Of a DNA stretch of 64,000 nt, positions 19,971-30,076 are shown in pieces (within the stretch, counting starts at the first letter, position 1; every line of letters starts with the position of its first letter). Made by a program: the position numbers and the translations under genes. Location: IMG/VR virus record IMGVR_UViG_3300024239_000011, positions 186,001-250,000 of that record; one strand, given 5' to 3'. The notes beneath the pieces were generated by a model, which had not been told where the DNA came from, ran no database searches, and worked only from the letters and a program-made list of their open reading frames with translations.

Positions 19971-19993
19971 CTCGTACTCCAGTAGGAATAAAA

Positions 19994-21193
19994 TCACAAA
20001 AATTTGAGATTCGATGTGTTGATACCAACCAACCCAAGGTAGTCCGCGGCATTGCCCAATGAAGAGGCAGTGTTCGTAAGTTCAATGTAGCCATAACGGG
20101 TCATGAACGACACCACCGGCTCGAAGGTGCGCGGATCGATGATCACGCCCGAAGAAGTCAGCGGCACGTATGGGCAGTAGTACGCAGCAGCGTCGATCTC
20201 GCCCGGACCCTTATAACCGACCAGCACCGGGGTGTTGTCGGAAGCATACTGGTCCACGTACACGCGCATGGAGTTGTTCAGGGTACCGACGAACTTGGTG
20301 TTGGTCGGAGCCTCGAACACACCTTCGGTGGTACGAGCGAAAGCGGAGGTGGTTGCGGACTGAAGAATGGTCAGCGCAGTCGGGGAAACCACAACCCAGT
20401 TACCAGCACCACGACGGGTACGGGCAGCGATGAGGTTTGCCTGACGGTTGATCAGAACGGCCAGAGCGGCATGTTCGTCACCAACGAAGGTGGCGGTACC
20501 AGAGACGTTGCCCTGGTCGTACATGGCGGTCGGGGTGCCCGGCAGAGCGCGAAGGCTCTGAAGGATTTCCTGATCGATTTCAGCAGTGATTTCCTGAGCC
20601 AGAGCGGCCATGATTTCAGCTTCGATGTCGATGCCCTGCTGAGCCTGTGCGTCCTGCGCGGCTTCGAAGGTCCAGCGAGCGGACAGACGACGGGTCTTAG
20701 CTTCGACGGTTTCCTTCAGGATTTGGATGTTCAGGCGAGGACCGGGAACACCTTCCATCGTGGCAGTCGGAGCAGCCTTCGGGTTATTCGGGTCTTGGTT
20801 ACCCGAGTAGAAACGAGCAATGTCGAACGGGGACAGAGCTTCGGTACCAGCAGTCACGCCGCCGCCAACCGCAGGGATCGTGTCGGCATAACGCACACGC
20901 AGGGTGTGAATCTGAGCGACCGGACCAGTCATTGGCTGCACACCAATGATTTCATTGGCAATGACGGTGGGCATAACGCGCCGAATAACCGGCAGAATAA
21001 CCTTGTTCAAAGTTGCGATGTTGCCAGTAGCGGTAGCACCGACAGTGGCGTTTTCCAAGATCGGGGTCTTGGACATCAGGTCTTTGCGAGTGTTCTCAAG
21101 AACAACTTCCATGACCTTCTTCTTATTACCGGTCAGACCCTCGCAGAGAGCATCGCGGGTCTGCTTCCAGTGTGATTCAAAAAGCTTCGACAT
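19994..21193 (-). CDS. Major capsid protein (T4 gp23-like)
   Basis: ILPVIRRVMP..IA.EIIGVQPMTGP, VEAKTRRLSARWT.EAAQD, EITAEID.EI, YCPYVPL, FMTRYG. Confidence 0.97.
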   Translation of the reverse strand: MSKLFESHWKQTRDALCEGLTGNKKKVMEVVLENTRKDLMSKTPILENATVGATATGNIATLNKVILPVIRRVMPTVIANEIIGVQPMTGPVAQIHTLRVRYADTIPAVGGGVTAGTEALSPFDIARFYSGNQDPNNPKAAPTATMEGVPGPRLNIQILKETVEAKTRRLSARWTFEAAQDAQAQQGIDIEAEIMAALAQEITAEIDQEILQSLRALPGTPTAMYDQGNVSGTATFVGDEHAALAVLINRQANLIAARTRRGAGNWVVVSPTALTILQSATTSAFARTTEGVFEAPTNTKFVGTLNNSMRVYVDQYASDNTPVLVGYKGPGEIDAAAYYCPYVPLTSSGVIIDPRTFEPVVSFMTRYGYIELTNTASSLGNAADYLGLVGINTSNLKFL

Positions 21194-21209
21194 GTTCCCT
21201 ATCTCCTTA

Positions 21210-22625
21210 TTAAATACCTGCCATCTTAATACCAGCGAGCATCTTGAACTGATCGAGTTCGGCATCAAATGTTGCCGTATCGGTCTTTTCGTTCAGCGAA
21301 GCTTCGGTAAGACGGTTGTTTCGGTTTCCAGTGACCGCAACAGGTTTGCGCTGCGGAATGCTGTTGTTTTCGACAAGTTTCTTGCGACCATCCTTACGCG
21401 GACCAGCGGTCTCACCCAGTACAGACGGCAAGTATTTGTGGAACGCATCCTTCAGATTATCAGTACGAACATCTGCAAGGAGTTCTTCCATAATGACGCG
21501 CTTATCACGCGCCAGCGGCTTCAGGCATTCATTGAGTACCTTGGTACGCAATGCATTGTCTTCTGCCTTCTTGATGCGAGACTTAGCTTCCGTAAGAACC
21601 ATTTGCTGCTTCTTGACGGCACTAATAGCCTCTGCAAGTTTCTGTTCCACCCCAGCCTTCTCGTGCTGAAGCTTCTTAATTTCGGTACCTTCTGCAAGGT
21701 ACGACGCCATGTATTCAGCGGCGAAAGCCTCGAAAATACGACGACCGAAATTGTTCTCGCGAGCAGCCTTCAAGTCGTCACGGAACTGGGACATTTCTGC
21801 CTTCAGGGTGGACTCGATAGTTTGTTCAACGAGGGTGGCCGCACGCTTGATGAACGCGCTACGGGACTCTTCCAGCTTCTTCTTACCTTCAGCAACCAAT
21901 TTGACACGGGATTCCACGAGTTGCTTTTTGTCCTCGTTGAATTCCTTCATTTCATTGGTCAACTGCTTCAATACGAAGCTTTCTAGTGCCTTGGTACGTT
22001 CTTTAAGCTGCTTGTTGTAGCCAATCTTGGCTTCGCGAAGCTGCTTCTCCATCTTGACGCGCTGTTCTTGCAGAAGACGACGATCCTGAGTGAATTCATC
22101 CATTTCTTCTTTAAGCTGCTTCAGGACAAAGCCCTGTAGCACAGCGGTATGCTCAGACACTTTCTTCTTGTAGAGTGCCTTGGCTTCGGCAACAGCCTTA
22201 GCCAACTTGACACGCTGAGCATCGACAGCCTTGCGGTCATCGGTAAACTCAGCCATTTCCTCAGAAAGCTGCTTCAAGACGAAGGAGTTGAGCAGATCAA
22301 CCTTTTCCTTCAACTTGCTGCGGTAATGTGTCTTTGCTTCTTTGACAGCCTTGTCCAACTTCTCGCGTTGGCGGGAAACCGCCTTGCGATCCATCTGGAA
22401 CTCTTCCAGTTCAGACTTGATGGAGTCAGTAAGCATACGGTCCATGGCTTCAACGAGAAGACCACGGTCGTGGTCATAGCGACGGGCAAACTCTTCGCGA
22501 ACTTCGGTTTCCACCTCTTCGCGAAGGCTCTTCCGCGCCTCGTTCACTTTTTGTTCAATAGCTTCCTGAATTACCTTTTTATTTTCTTCAGAAAGCATTT
22601 TGAACATTTCGTTCTCTTTATCCAT
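21210..22625 (-). CDS. Prohead scaffolding protein (gp22-like)
   Basis: Long coiled coil with FVLKQL..EM.EF..D repeats, between protease and MCP. Confidence 0.85.
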   Translation of the reverse strand: MDKENEMFKMLSEENKKVIQEAIEQKVNEARKSLREEVETEVREEFARRYDHDRGLLVEAMDRMLTDSIKSELEEFQMDRKAVSRQREKLDKAVKEAKTHYRSKLKEKVDLLNSFVLKQLSEEMAEFTDDRKAVDAQRVKLAKAVAEAKALYKKKVSEHTAVLQGFVLKQLKEEMDEFTQDRRLLQEQRVKMEKQLREAKIGYNKQLKERTKALESFVLKQLTNEMKEFNEDKKQLVESRVKLVAEGKKKLEESRSAFIKRAATLVEQTIESTLKAEMSQFRDDLKAARENNFGRRIFEAFAAEYMASYLAEGTEIKKLQHEKAGVEQKLAEAISAVKKQQMVLTEAKSRIKKAEDNALRTKVLNECLKPLARDKRVIMEELLADVRTDNLKDAFHKYLPSVLGETAGPRKDGRKKLVENNSIPQRKPVAVTGNRNNRLTEASLNEKTDTATFDAELDQFKMLAGIKMAGI

Positions 22626-22646
22626 GGGACTACTCCTACTTCAAAA

Positions 22647-23282
22647 TTACTTCAGAGAGTTAATCCATCCCAGCAGTTCCTCACGGAGATACTTCTGAGC
22701 TTTTGGATCATGACGAACGGCTTCCGCCAGTTCTTCAACAATTACGCCACGCTTTGCGTAGTTCAGTGCTTCATACACTGCACGCGGATAAGCTTCAGGC
22801 GCAGACGGCTTCGCCACGATGTCTACGGTAATGATCTCGAAATCCGAGACATAACCACTGCCATCAACGTTACCCGAGCCGCGAGAGGAAACCCCGAGCT
22901 TCACATCGCATTCCAGAAGAGTACGAATAATGTTGCCCATTGGAGTTGGGATGATCTTGAGTTTTCCAAGACCGTTATTCCCATCCATACGCATTTCAGT
23001 AATAACGTGGCTCACACGATCCAAGTTGATGGTGAGTTCTTCCGGGTGGTCAGCTTCCCCAAGGATGCTTTCACCACGCCGGATGCACTCATTGATCTGA
23101 TCCACAGCCTTCGAAATCTCGTTGACCGGATAAACACGCTGATTATGATTACGGCAACCGCCCTGGATAAAAATGCCCTTCATGTAAAGGTCTTTACCAC
23201 CAGTGCTGTTTTCCTTGGTTTCAACAACCATACGGGTTTGATCTGGGGTGAGTGTTTCAAGAAGCTTGGTCTTCATGATCAA
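22647..23282 (-). CDS. Prohead protease (gp21-like)
   Basis: GIFIQG...N.NQRVYP, GEADHP, RVSH, TPMG, LGVSSRGSG, DIVAKPSAP.A. Confidence 0.95.
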   Translation of the reverse strand: MIMKTKLLETLTPDQTRMVVETKENSTGGKDLYMKGIFIQGGCRNHNQRVYPVNEISKAVDQINECIRRGESILGEADHPEELTINLDRVSHVITEMRMDGNNGLGKLKIIPTPMGNIIRTLLECDVKLGVSSRGSGNVDGSGYVSDFEIITVDIVAKPSAPEAYPRAVYEALNYAKRGVIVEELAEAVRHDPKAQKYLREELLGWINSLK

Positions 23283-23288
23283 TTCCCC

Positions 23289-24338
23289 TTACTTGGACAT
23301 GTTCTTTGCACCCATGGTATTCAGAGGGGACTTATTGTTCTCAGCACCAAAACCCTTACCGGAGTTCAGCGTTGCGGACTTGTCACCTTCCTTGGATACC
23401 TTGGTGCCGGTTGGAGCCGACTTGTTCACGTTGCGCGGGCTGGTAGCACCAGTTCCGCTCTTCGTGCCAGGAGCAGCCTCACGGTCGTAACCGGAGTGCT
23501 GGGAGGACTTAACCTCAACAGGCTTTGCCTTGTTTGCGCGATCACCCTTTGGGTGAGACGGCATTGGGGACACGTTGTTCTGAGTCACACGACCACCCTT
23601 GCCGATTTCAGCGTCAGACATCGTGACTTTCACGGTATCAAGCTCATCAAGAGCCGATTCGGTCAGATCATCGAAGTCGGCGCCAAGCAGAGCGTCGAGT
23701 TCTTCAAACACATCTTCTTCGCCATAAATGCTGGCGGATTCAGTGGTTTCTTCTTCGCCTTCTTCGCCTTCGGCGTCATCAGCAGAAGCAGTTTCTCCAT
23801 CAACCTCTTCCCCGTCGATGTCACCGTCGATGTCGCCACCCAGGTCATCGTCGCCTTCAGGAGCTTCCGCACCTTCGCCGTTTAGGGCGTCAAAACTGGA
23901 CTGAAGTTCGTCAAAACGAGCTTCGAGGTCTTCGATCTGGGCTGCCAGATCGCTTTCTTCGCCACCTTCGATATCACCACTGTCAATGGCATCATCGGCT
24001 TCATCACCTTCAACGCCATCACCAGACAGTTCATCAGCAACATCACCCGCAGCGTCTTCGATGCCACCATCGCCGCCCTCGGTGCCTTCTTCGTCACCAA
24101 GGTCATCGTCGCCAAAATATTCTTCGAAAGTCATTTCATCGCTTTCAAGCTGATCTTGATCGTCACCGATCTCATCAGCCGAAGCGTCACCCATGCCCAG
24201 AGCATCGTCTTCTTGCATCAGGCTTTCGTGAATTTCACGAGCCTTCTCAACGAAAATCTGGTGCAGGAGCTTGCGGGCTTTCTCTTCGTCTTTGTTGATA
24301 AGGTACTCTAGCACCTTCTCCAACTTCTGATTCGCCAT
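23289..24338 (-). CDS. Acidic prohead core-type protein
   Basis: Very D/E-rich, directly upstream of the protease; minus TAAATA at ~24386-24391. Confidence 0.65.
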   Translation of the reverse strand: MANQKLEKVLEYLINKDEEKARKLLHQIFVEKAREIHESLMQEDDALGMGDASADEIGDDQDQLESDEMTFEEYFGDDDLGDEEGTEGGDGGIEDAAGDVADELSGDGVEGDEADDAIDSGDIEGGEESDLAAQIEDLEARFDELQSSFDALNGEGAEAPEGDDDLGGDIDGDIDGEEVDGETASADDAEGEEGEEETTESASIYGEEDVFEELDALLGADFDDLTESALDELDTVKVTMSDAEIGKGGRVTQNNVSPMPSHPKGDRANKAKPVEVKSSQHSGYDREAAPGTKSGTGATSPRNVNKSAPTGTKVSKEGDKSATLNSGKGFGAENNKSPLNTMGAKNMSK

Positions 24339-24505
24339 TGTAGTTCTCCTTGTTTGACCAAAACCACAGACAAGTTTCTCGTCTTTATTTACAGGTCTGT
24401 GAATTTTACTTATCGAAAAGCCTCAAAAATTGGGATTTTTTAAAAATTGCCATTTTTCAATCATTTTTGGTAAAACCAAATAACCTTGAGTTGGACGAAA
24501 TACGC

Positions 24506-25327
24506 ATGAAAGACATCATTCTATTTGGCAATTGCCTGGAAACTTTGGATAGTTTCCCGAACAACACAGCTAGGTGTTGTATTACTAGTCCACCTTATTT
24601 TGGACTACGTGACTATGGGCATGAAGATCAAATCGGGAACGAACAAACCCCATCGGAATACATCACCAATTTGGTTAATGTATTTCGAAAGGTTCGTCGT
24701 GTTTTGACTGACGATGGGATTCTATGGGTGAATATCGGGGACAGTTATGCGGGGGCTGGATACAGCAATCACAAAAACACCGGAGGTGCCCAACGAAGTG
24801 ATGGAGGGAAACAACGGCACCTGATTGGTACCGGATGCAAAAATAAAGACTTGATTGGTATTCCGTGGATGTTGGCTTTTGCATTGCGCGAAGATGGTTG
24901 GTATCTTCGGCAAGACATTATTTGGCACAAACCAAATCCCATGCCGGAATCGGTCAAAGATCGATGCACCAAATCCCATGAATATTTGTTTCTATTGTCA
25001 AAATCTGAGAAATATTATTTCAACAGCGAAGCAATTCGAGAACCATGTGTTGGATCATCACAGCAGCGAAGTCGTAGATCGGTTTGGACAGTGCCAATTA
25101 AACCTTACAAAGGGGCGCACTTCGCAACTTTTCCCCAAAAACTGATAGAACCATGCGTATTGGTCGGTTCCGAACGTGGTGATATAATCCTTGATCCGTT
25201 TATGGGGTCTGGTACAACGGCAGAGGTCGCAATTATACACAATCGTCATTATATCGGTTGTGAGCTAAATGATGGCTATAAACCCCTACAAGACCAACGA
25301 ATCATGTATGCGAGACAAAAAGAATGA
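24506..25327 (+). CDS. DNA methyltransferase (N4-C/N6-A, beta class)
   Basis: TSPPY, IW.KPNPMPES..DR, HFATFP, LDPFMGSGTT. Confidence 0.93.
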   Translation: MKDIILFGNCLETLDSFPNNTARCCITSPPYFGLRDYGHEDQIGNEQTPSEYITNLVNVFRKVRRVLTDDGILWVNIGDSYAGAGYSNHKNTGGAQRSDGGKQRHLIGTGCKNKDLIGIPWMLAFALREDGWYLRQDIIWHKPNPMPESVKDRCTKSHEYLFLLSKSEKYYFNSEAIREPCVGSSQQRSRRSVWTVPIKPYKGAHFATFPQKLIEPCVLVGSERGDIILDPFMGSGTTAEVAIIHNRHYIGCELNDGYKPLQDQRIMYARQKE

Positions 25328-26178
25328 AGCCCTTATACAATGTGAATGGTTTAATGTTCTGGTCGGAGGAAGAGGTTCGCCTTCGGGAAACCATGCGTGA
25401 TACCTTTGCTCGTGGAATTCAAAACATCCTCCTGGCTGAAAACCCGGCATGGCAGTTTGTCTATTTCGAAGGTCCATTGTTAACCCCACGCTCGTTAATC
25501 AACCAGAACTACACCAATGATGATGTGTGGGTTCAAGAAGGTGAAGCCGACAAGCTGCGCTCTCAAATTGCGAAGCTGTATGCAGATGATTACCGCGACA
25601 GCGATTATCAGGACCGCAAGGAAGATCAGATCGCGGAACTGGAAGCAAAGCTTGCCCAGTACAGTGATCTTGTGCTGCGTCCGGAGACGACCCCGACTTC
25701 GTACACCTTCGCGCAACACCTCCTGAACAGCCATAGCGGTCACAAGCCGCCGATCTGCGTATGGCAGGCAGGTAAGAGCTTCCGCCGTGAAGCGGAACAG
25801 CCGACCAAGCACATGCGCTTGAAGGAATTCTACCAACAGGAATTCCAGTGTCTCTATACCGCTGACACCAAAAACGACTACCACACCGCCGTTCTGGAAC
25901 CGGTGCGCAAGATGATTGCCCAGGCAATCCCCTTCCCGACCCGTATTGTCGAAAGTGATCGTCTCCCGGCATACAGCCAGATCACCATGGATGTGGAAGT
26001 ATGGAATGAAGATAAGTGGATGGAGGTCTGCTCCATCAGTCGCCGTACCGATTTCCCAGACAAAGCCCGGTTCACAACCAAGAACGGTACCGTGGAAAAG
26101 GACATTTTGGTTTGTGAAATAGCCATTGGTCTAGACCGCTGTGTATACAACTACAATCAGTGGGCACAGAATGTCTAA
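25324..26178 (+). CDS. Class II aaRS catalytic-domain protein (GlyRS/ProRS-like, no anticodon domain)
   Basis: LRPET, WQAGKSFRRE, RLKEFYQQEFQ, MEVCSIS.RTDF, EIAIGLDR. Confidence 0.8.
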   Translation: MKPLYNVNGLMFWSEEEVRLRETMRDTFARGIQNILLAENPAWQFVYFEGPLLTPRSLINQNYTNDDVWVQEGEADKLRSQIAKLYADDYRDSDYQDRKEDQIAELEAKLAQYSDLVLRPETTPTSYTFAQHLLNSHSGHKPPICVWQAGKSFRREAEQPTKHMRLKEFYQQEFQCLYTADTKNDYHTAVLEPVRKMIAQAIPFPTRIVESDRLPAYSQITMDVEVWNEDKWMEVCSISRRTDFPDKARFTTKNGTVEKDILVCEIAIGLDRCVYNYNQWAQNV

Positions 26179-26343
26179 GGCTTATGATCGCCTGCGAAAG
26201 AAATACATCTTTCGCACCGAAATCTTCGAGAGCAAGAAGACCTAAAAAATTATCCGGATGTTGACCGTGTTTGGGGAGGAAGAAGGCTACTTCCTGGCGG
26301 AATTGGTCGATAACATCATGTGGTCAGAGGTGGTGATCAAGAA

Positions 26344-26607
26344 ATGAAAATTCGTTTCCTCGATATCGACCAACCGGAACCGTATTTCTGGGTCAACCGA
26401 AATCGGGACCGGGCACCAATCGAATGCCCGGCGTGTGATGCGGGACTTCCTGTCAGGAAAGTCCACATGGTCAATGCTGTCCCGGTTATCGGGTATTGGC
26501 TCCCCGAGTTAAAACACTCTAAGAACCGTTCAAAACGGGTCTGGAAGAAACTCATCCGCAGACAGTCGAAGCCCATGTATGGTAAACCTGTAGTGGTGGT
26601 ACTATGA
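26344..26607 (+). CDS. Hypothetical protein (CxxC)
   Basis: CPAC; lies in an operon-like run. Confidence 0.45.
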   Translation: MKIRFLDIDQPEPYFWVNRNRDRAPIECPACDAGLPVRKVHMVNAVPVIGYWLPELKHSKNRSKRVWKKLIRRQSKPMYGKPVVVVL

Positions 26608-26954
26608 ACGGATCAGCCGAAGACATACTCAGCCGTATTAAAGCCATGGCGAAACCGTCAGATGCATCCCCCGATCTCCCTGAGTGTGACGATAAGGGCA
26701 TCAACGCATTACTAGATGTGGTTGCTGCACGTGCCGTGACAATTGCCCCCCACACTCATTATGTGGTCGATGATTGTGACACCAGAACGTCAACAGTTGC
26801 TTATTTCGACGGGAATGGTTGGTGGCTTCCTGGGAGTGAAATGATGCATTCTGCTGAAGAATTCGATAATGGTCGTTTCCAAATTAAGTCCAAAATCGCA
26901 GTAACCCACCACGCCTATGGTCCATGGAAAGTTGAAAGCGGAAGGTTCGCTTAA
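26604..26954 (+). CDS. Hypothetical protein
   Basis: Start/stop overlaps with neighbours. Confidence 0.55.
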   Translation: MNGSAEDILSRIKAMAKPSDASPDLPECDDKGINALLDVVAARAVTIAPHTHYVVDDCDTRTSTVAYFDGNGWWLPGSEMMHSAEEFDNGRFQIKSKIAVTHHAYGPWKVESGRFA

Positions 26955-27832
26955 TGCCAACGCTCGATGAATTAAAAGCCAAAGTCCTTGCACTCAAGGA
27001 CCAGCAATCAGAACGTGAAGCTGCTATATTGGCACATCCAGACCTCTTGAGCCGACCGATTGTTGAAGTATCGGAAGTAGGGAAGTTTGCTGGTGAGGTC
27101 TATTACCTCGCTTGCCATATGCCCATGACTTCACTGGAATTTGACGCGGGGGCAGACATCCCCAATGGCAACCATGCCTATGCGACGTGGTACAAAGACT
27201 GTGTGAGCTTTAGCTACGATGGTATACCGTGGCGTACTGTTCGTTCCACTGATCGTTCATCGACCATTTCCGGACGCACCATTGAAGATTTGTTGGTGGA
27301 ACTGAAGCGGTGGCATTTCGAGGTACCAATTAATGCGTACATTTTACGGCTCGCCATCCGCCCAGAACGCCAGCTAACGCTTGATGATTTGCGCGACAAA
27401 CTTCAAAAAATACAGCCACGGGCAGATATTGGGCAGTTCCCCACGTTGCGCGACAAACCAATTCGCGAACACGCAGTCACGAATACCATTCACCTTCAAC
27501 CCCATACGGTGGATATCTACGTTCTTGCGCGAAAAATCCCCTATACCGAAGAAGAATGGGCTTATTTTGATTACGAAACACCCCCGGATGAAAATTGCTT
27601 AGCCTTTCTGACCTTCTACGATGATCGCGTGGATTTTACCCATTGTGATGACGGTATCGTAGTATGGCGCACGATTAATATTGAGGATGATCGTTGCGTG
27701 ACCATTCACGGTGACACGGTTGAACGGTTGCTCGGTGAAGTTCAGAAAGACTACCTGGGTCCGATTCCCGAGGATTGCTTCATTGTGAAAGTGGCATACA
27801 CTCGGCAATACCAGCTACACTCAGCCCGTTAA
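26954..27832 (+). CDS. Hypothetical protein with two tandem homologous domains
   Basis: TLD(E/D)L..K...Y.LA...P...D.V.F...WRT...TI.G.T.E.LL.E occurs twice. Confidence 0.65.
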   Translation: MPTLDELKAKVLALKDQQSEREAAILAHPDLLSRPIVEVSEVGKFAGEVYYLACHMPMTSLEFDAGADIPNGNHAYATWYKDCVSFSYDGIPWRTVRSTDRSSTISGRTIEDLLVELKRWHFEVPINAYILRLAIRPERQLTLDDLRDKLQKIQPRADIGQFPTLRDKPIREHAVTNTIHLQPHTVDIYVLARKIPYTEEEWAYFDYETPPDENCLAFLTFYDDRVDFTHCDDGIVVWRTINIEDDRCVTIHGDTVERLLGEVQKDYLGPIPEDCFIVKVAYTRQYQLHSAR

Positions 27833-27836
27833 AAAT

Positions 27837-28109
27837 ATGGAACACGAAATCTTATATCCGTGCCATCTGATCCACCCTGACCATCCGCATCACGAGCGGG
27901 TGGTCAAGGTGCTATCGCCGTTTGAATGCGAAGACGGGAAACGCATGTTCAGTCGGGTTCAGGTACCGATCAACGTATCGTTTCGACCCGACCCCAAGGC
28001 AAACAAGTTTATAGTCGGTGGGCGGAACTCATACGCAGCAGCACAATTTGCCACCAAGTTGCGACAATGCATTGTTGGCTTGGCTAAACATAATGCAATA
28101 ACAGATTAG
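27837..28109 (+). CDS. Hypothetical protein
   Basis: 90-aa ORF in the same run. Confidence 0.45.
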   Translation: MEHEILYPCHLIHPDHPHHERVVKVLSPFECEDGKRMFSRVQVPINVSFRPDPKANKFIVGGRNSYAAAQFATKLRQCIVGLAKHNAITD

Positions 28110-28242
28110 TTTCTCCGCATCTGCTATTGCAAACCTGAAATTCTGCTGGTATAAATATCGAAAGTTGATTCTGATGCTACCCATTCCGATGTGGTCGTAA
28201 CGGAGTCAAACCCTTAGAAAATAAGCGGTTTGGAGATAACCA

Positions 28243-30018
28243 ATGCGAGAGCTTAATGTAGCTCTTGCCCAGTTGAACCCCAAGGTGGGTGACATCGCGG
28301 GCAATCTGAGCAAGATTCTGACCACCCGTCAGACCAATTCCAACGTCGATCTGATCGTCTTCAGCGAGTGCGTGTTGACCGGCTATCCGGTTGAAGACCT
28401 CGTGCAGCGCCCCGCCTTCATGAAGGCGGTCATGGCGGGCATCGAAGAACTGCGCGCCGCCATCGCGGGCACCGATGGTCCCGAGATCATCTTCGGCACT
28501 CCCTATCTCGAAGGCGGTAAGGTCTACAACGCCGCCATCTACGTCGCCCGGAACGGCAAGGTTCAGGTGCGCTTCAAGTCCGAGTTGCCGAACTACGATG
28601 TGTTCGATGAAGTGCGCAACTTCACCCGCGCCATCCCCGCCGACAACCAGACCTTCCGCATCGGTGATTATCATGTCGGCATGATGATTTGCGAAGATGG
28701 CTGGTACCCGCGCGTTTCCGAAGCCCTGTACAAGGGCGGTGCCGACATCATCTTCTGGATCAACGGCTCGCCGTTCTGCCAGGGCAAGGACCAGCTTCGC
28801 AAGGAAGTCATGGCGCAGCGCGCCAAGGAATGCCCCGGCACCCCGATCCTGTACGTCAATCAGGTCGGCGTTCAGGACGACATCGTGTTCGACGGCGCTG
28901 GTTTCGTTAGCGACCGTGAGGGCAACATCGTCGCCCAGCTTCCGGCGTTCGAGGAAAGCGTGACCGCGTTCAAGCTGGTCAATCACACCAAGAACACCGA
29001 AGTCAGCCTCGACCCGAACGCCCGTTCGCAGGCGTACCCGAGCGAGGACGAGGCGATCTACCGCGCCCTGATGCTGTCGCTGCGGGATTACGTGGAGAAG
29101 AACCGCTTCCCCTATGTGGTCCTGGGTCTGTCGGGTGGCATCGACTCCGGTCTGGTCGCCGCGCTCGCTGCCGATGCTCTCGGTCCCGACCGCGTGTGGG
29201 CAGTTCGCCTGCCGTCGCAGTGGACTTCCGACGAGTCCAACGATCTGGCAACCGAACAGTGCCGCCGCATGGGTATCCGTTGTGACACCATCGCTATCGC
29301 GGAAGCGGTTGCGGTGCTGGAAAACAACATCAACACCCTGGCGCTGTCCGATCTTCCGTTCCCGTCCCGTGACCCCAAGGGTCTGGCGGAAGAGAACGGT
29401 CAGTCCCGTGAACGCGGTCAGACCCTCATGTGGCTGTCCAACAAGTTCGGTCCCATGGTGGTGTCCACCGGCAACAAATCCGAGTACAGCACCGGCTATG
29501 CCACCCTGTATGGCGACATGTGCGGCGGTTACGCCTTGCTCAAGGATGTGTGGAAGCTAGACGTGTTCGCGGTCGCTAAGTGGCGCAACGAAAACCAGCC
29601 CATCGGCAGCCGTTTGCCCCGTGGTCCGAAGCAAACCCTGGAAGTTATCCCGGCGCGTGTGATCGAACGCCCGCCGACTGCCGAACTCAAGCCGGGTCAG
29701 TCGGACGAAGAATCGCTCATGCCCTATGACTTCCTCGACCCGCTGCTGATCGCCATGGTCGAAGACGAAAAGAGCAACGATGACACCGCCCTGATGCTGC
29801 TGGAACGCTTCGGCGCCGTTCGCAACTGGTGCGACGACGTGGACAAGATGCGGCGTCTGCTGGACCTTGCCGAGTACAAACGGCGGCAGGCAGCGCCGGG
29901 TCCGAAAATCACCCGCAAGTCCTACGGCAAGGGTCGTCGCTACCCGATCACCAATGGCTTCGTGGAAGTCTGTTCGGCGGATGTTCGGGCGCTGGTCGAA
30001 AGCAAGATGACCACCTGA
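28243..30018 (+). CDS. nadE: Glutamine-dependent NAD+ synthetase
   Basis: Nitrilase domain (ALAQLN..VGD, E..LTGY, K..LPNY.VFDE, ICED.W) plus synthetase (GLSGGIDS, STGNKSE...GYATLYGDM, PPTAEL, AEYKRRQA). Confidence 0.97.
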   Translation: MRELNVALAQLNPKVGDIAGNLSKILTTRQTNSNVDLIVFSECVLTGYPVEDLVQRPAFMKAVMAGIEELRAAIAGTDGPEIIFGTPYLEGGKVYNAAIYVARNGKVQVRFKSELPNYDVFDEVRNFTRAIPADNQTFRIGDYHVGMMICEDGWYPRVSEALYKGGADIIFWINGSPFCQGKDQLRKEVMAQRAKECPGTPILYVNQVGVQDDIVFDGAGFVSDREGNIVAQLPAFEESVTAFKLVNHTKNTEVSLDPNARSQAYPSEDEAIYRALMLSLRDYVEKNRFPYVVLGLSGGIDSGLVAALAADALGPDRVWAVRLPSQWTSDESNDLATEQCRRMGIRCDTIAIAEAVAVLENNINTLALSDLPFPSRDPKGLAEENGQSRERGQTLMWLSNKFGPMVVSTGNKSEYSTGYATLYGDMCGGYALLKDVWKLDVFAVAKWRNENQPIGSRLPRGPKQTLEVIPARVIERPPTAELKPGQSDEESLMPYDFLDPLLIAMVEDEKSNDDTALMLLERFGAVRNWCDDVDKMRRLLDLAEYKRRQAAPGPKITRKSYGKGRRYPITNGFVEVCSADVRALVESKMTT

Positions 30019-30027
30019 ACCAGAAAT

Positions 30028-30076
30028 CCATAGTGACCATCGTAAAGTTATAAATAAAGCGATGGTCACTATGGAG
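30028..30076 (+). promoter_or_regulatory. RBS-sequestering hairpin with late promoter in the loop
   Basis: TCCATAGTGACCATCG/CGATGGTCACTATGGA 16-bp perfect stem; loop contains TATAAATA; 3' arm overlaps GGAGG. Confidence 0.85.

Noticed and set aside
20946-23885. Long plus-strand ORFs (346 and 578 aa) and similar antisense ORFs at 30733-32529, 28177-28986 and 7747-8757
   Set aside because: Antisense shadows of strongly codon-biased real genes; no motifs.
30040-30070. Target-mimic copies upstream of the LAGLIDADG gene (versus pncB YKFSM codons) and the 33473 nuclease (versus NADAR FSNWH codons)
   Set aside because: Matches are short, need gaps and overlap the AT-rich promoter motif; not distinguishable from chance by eye.
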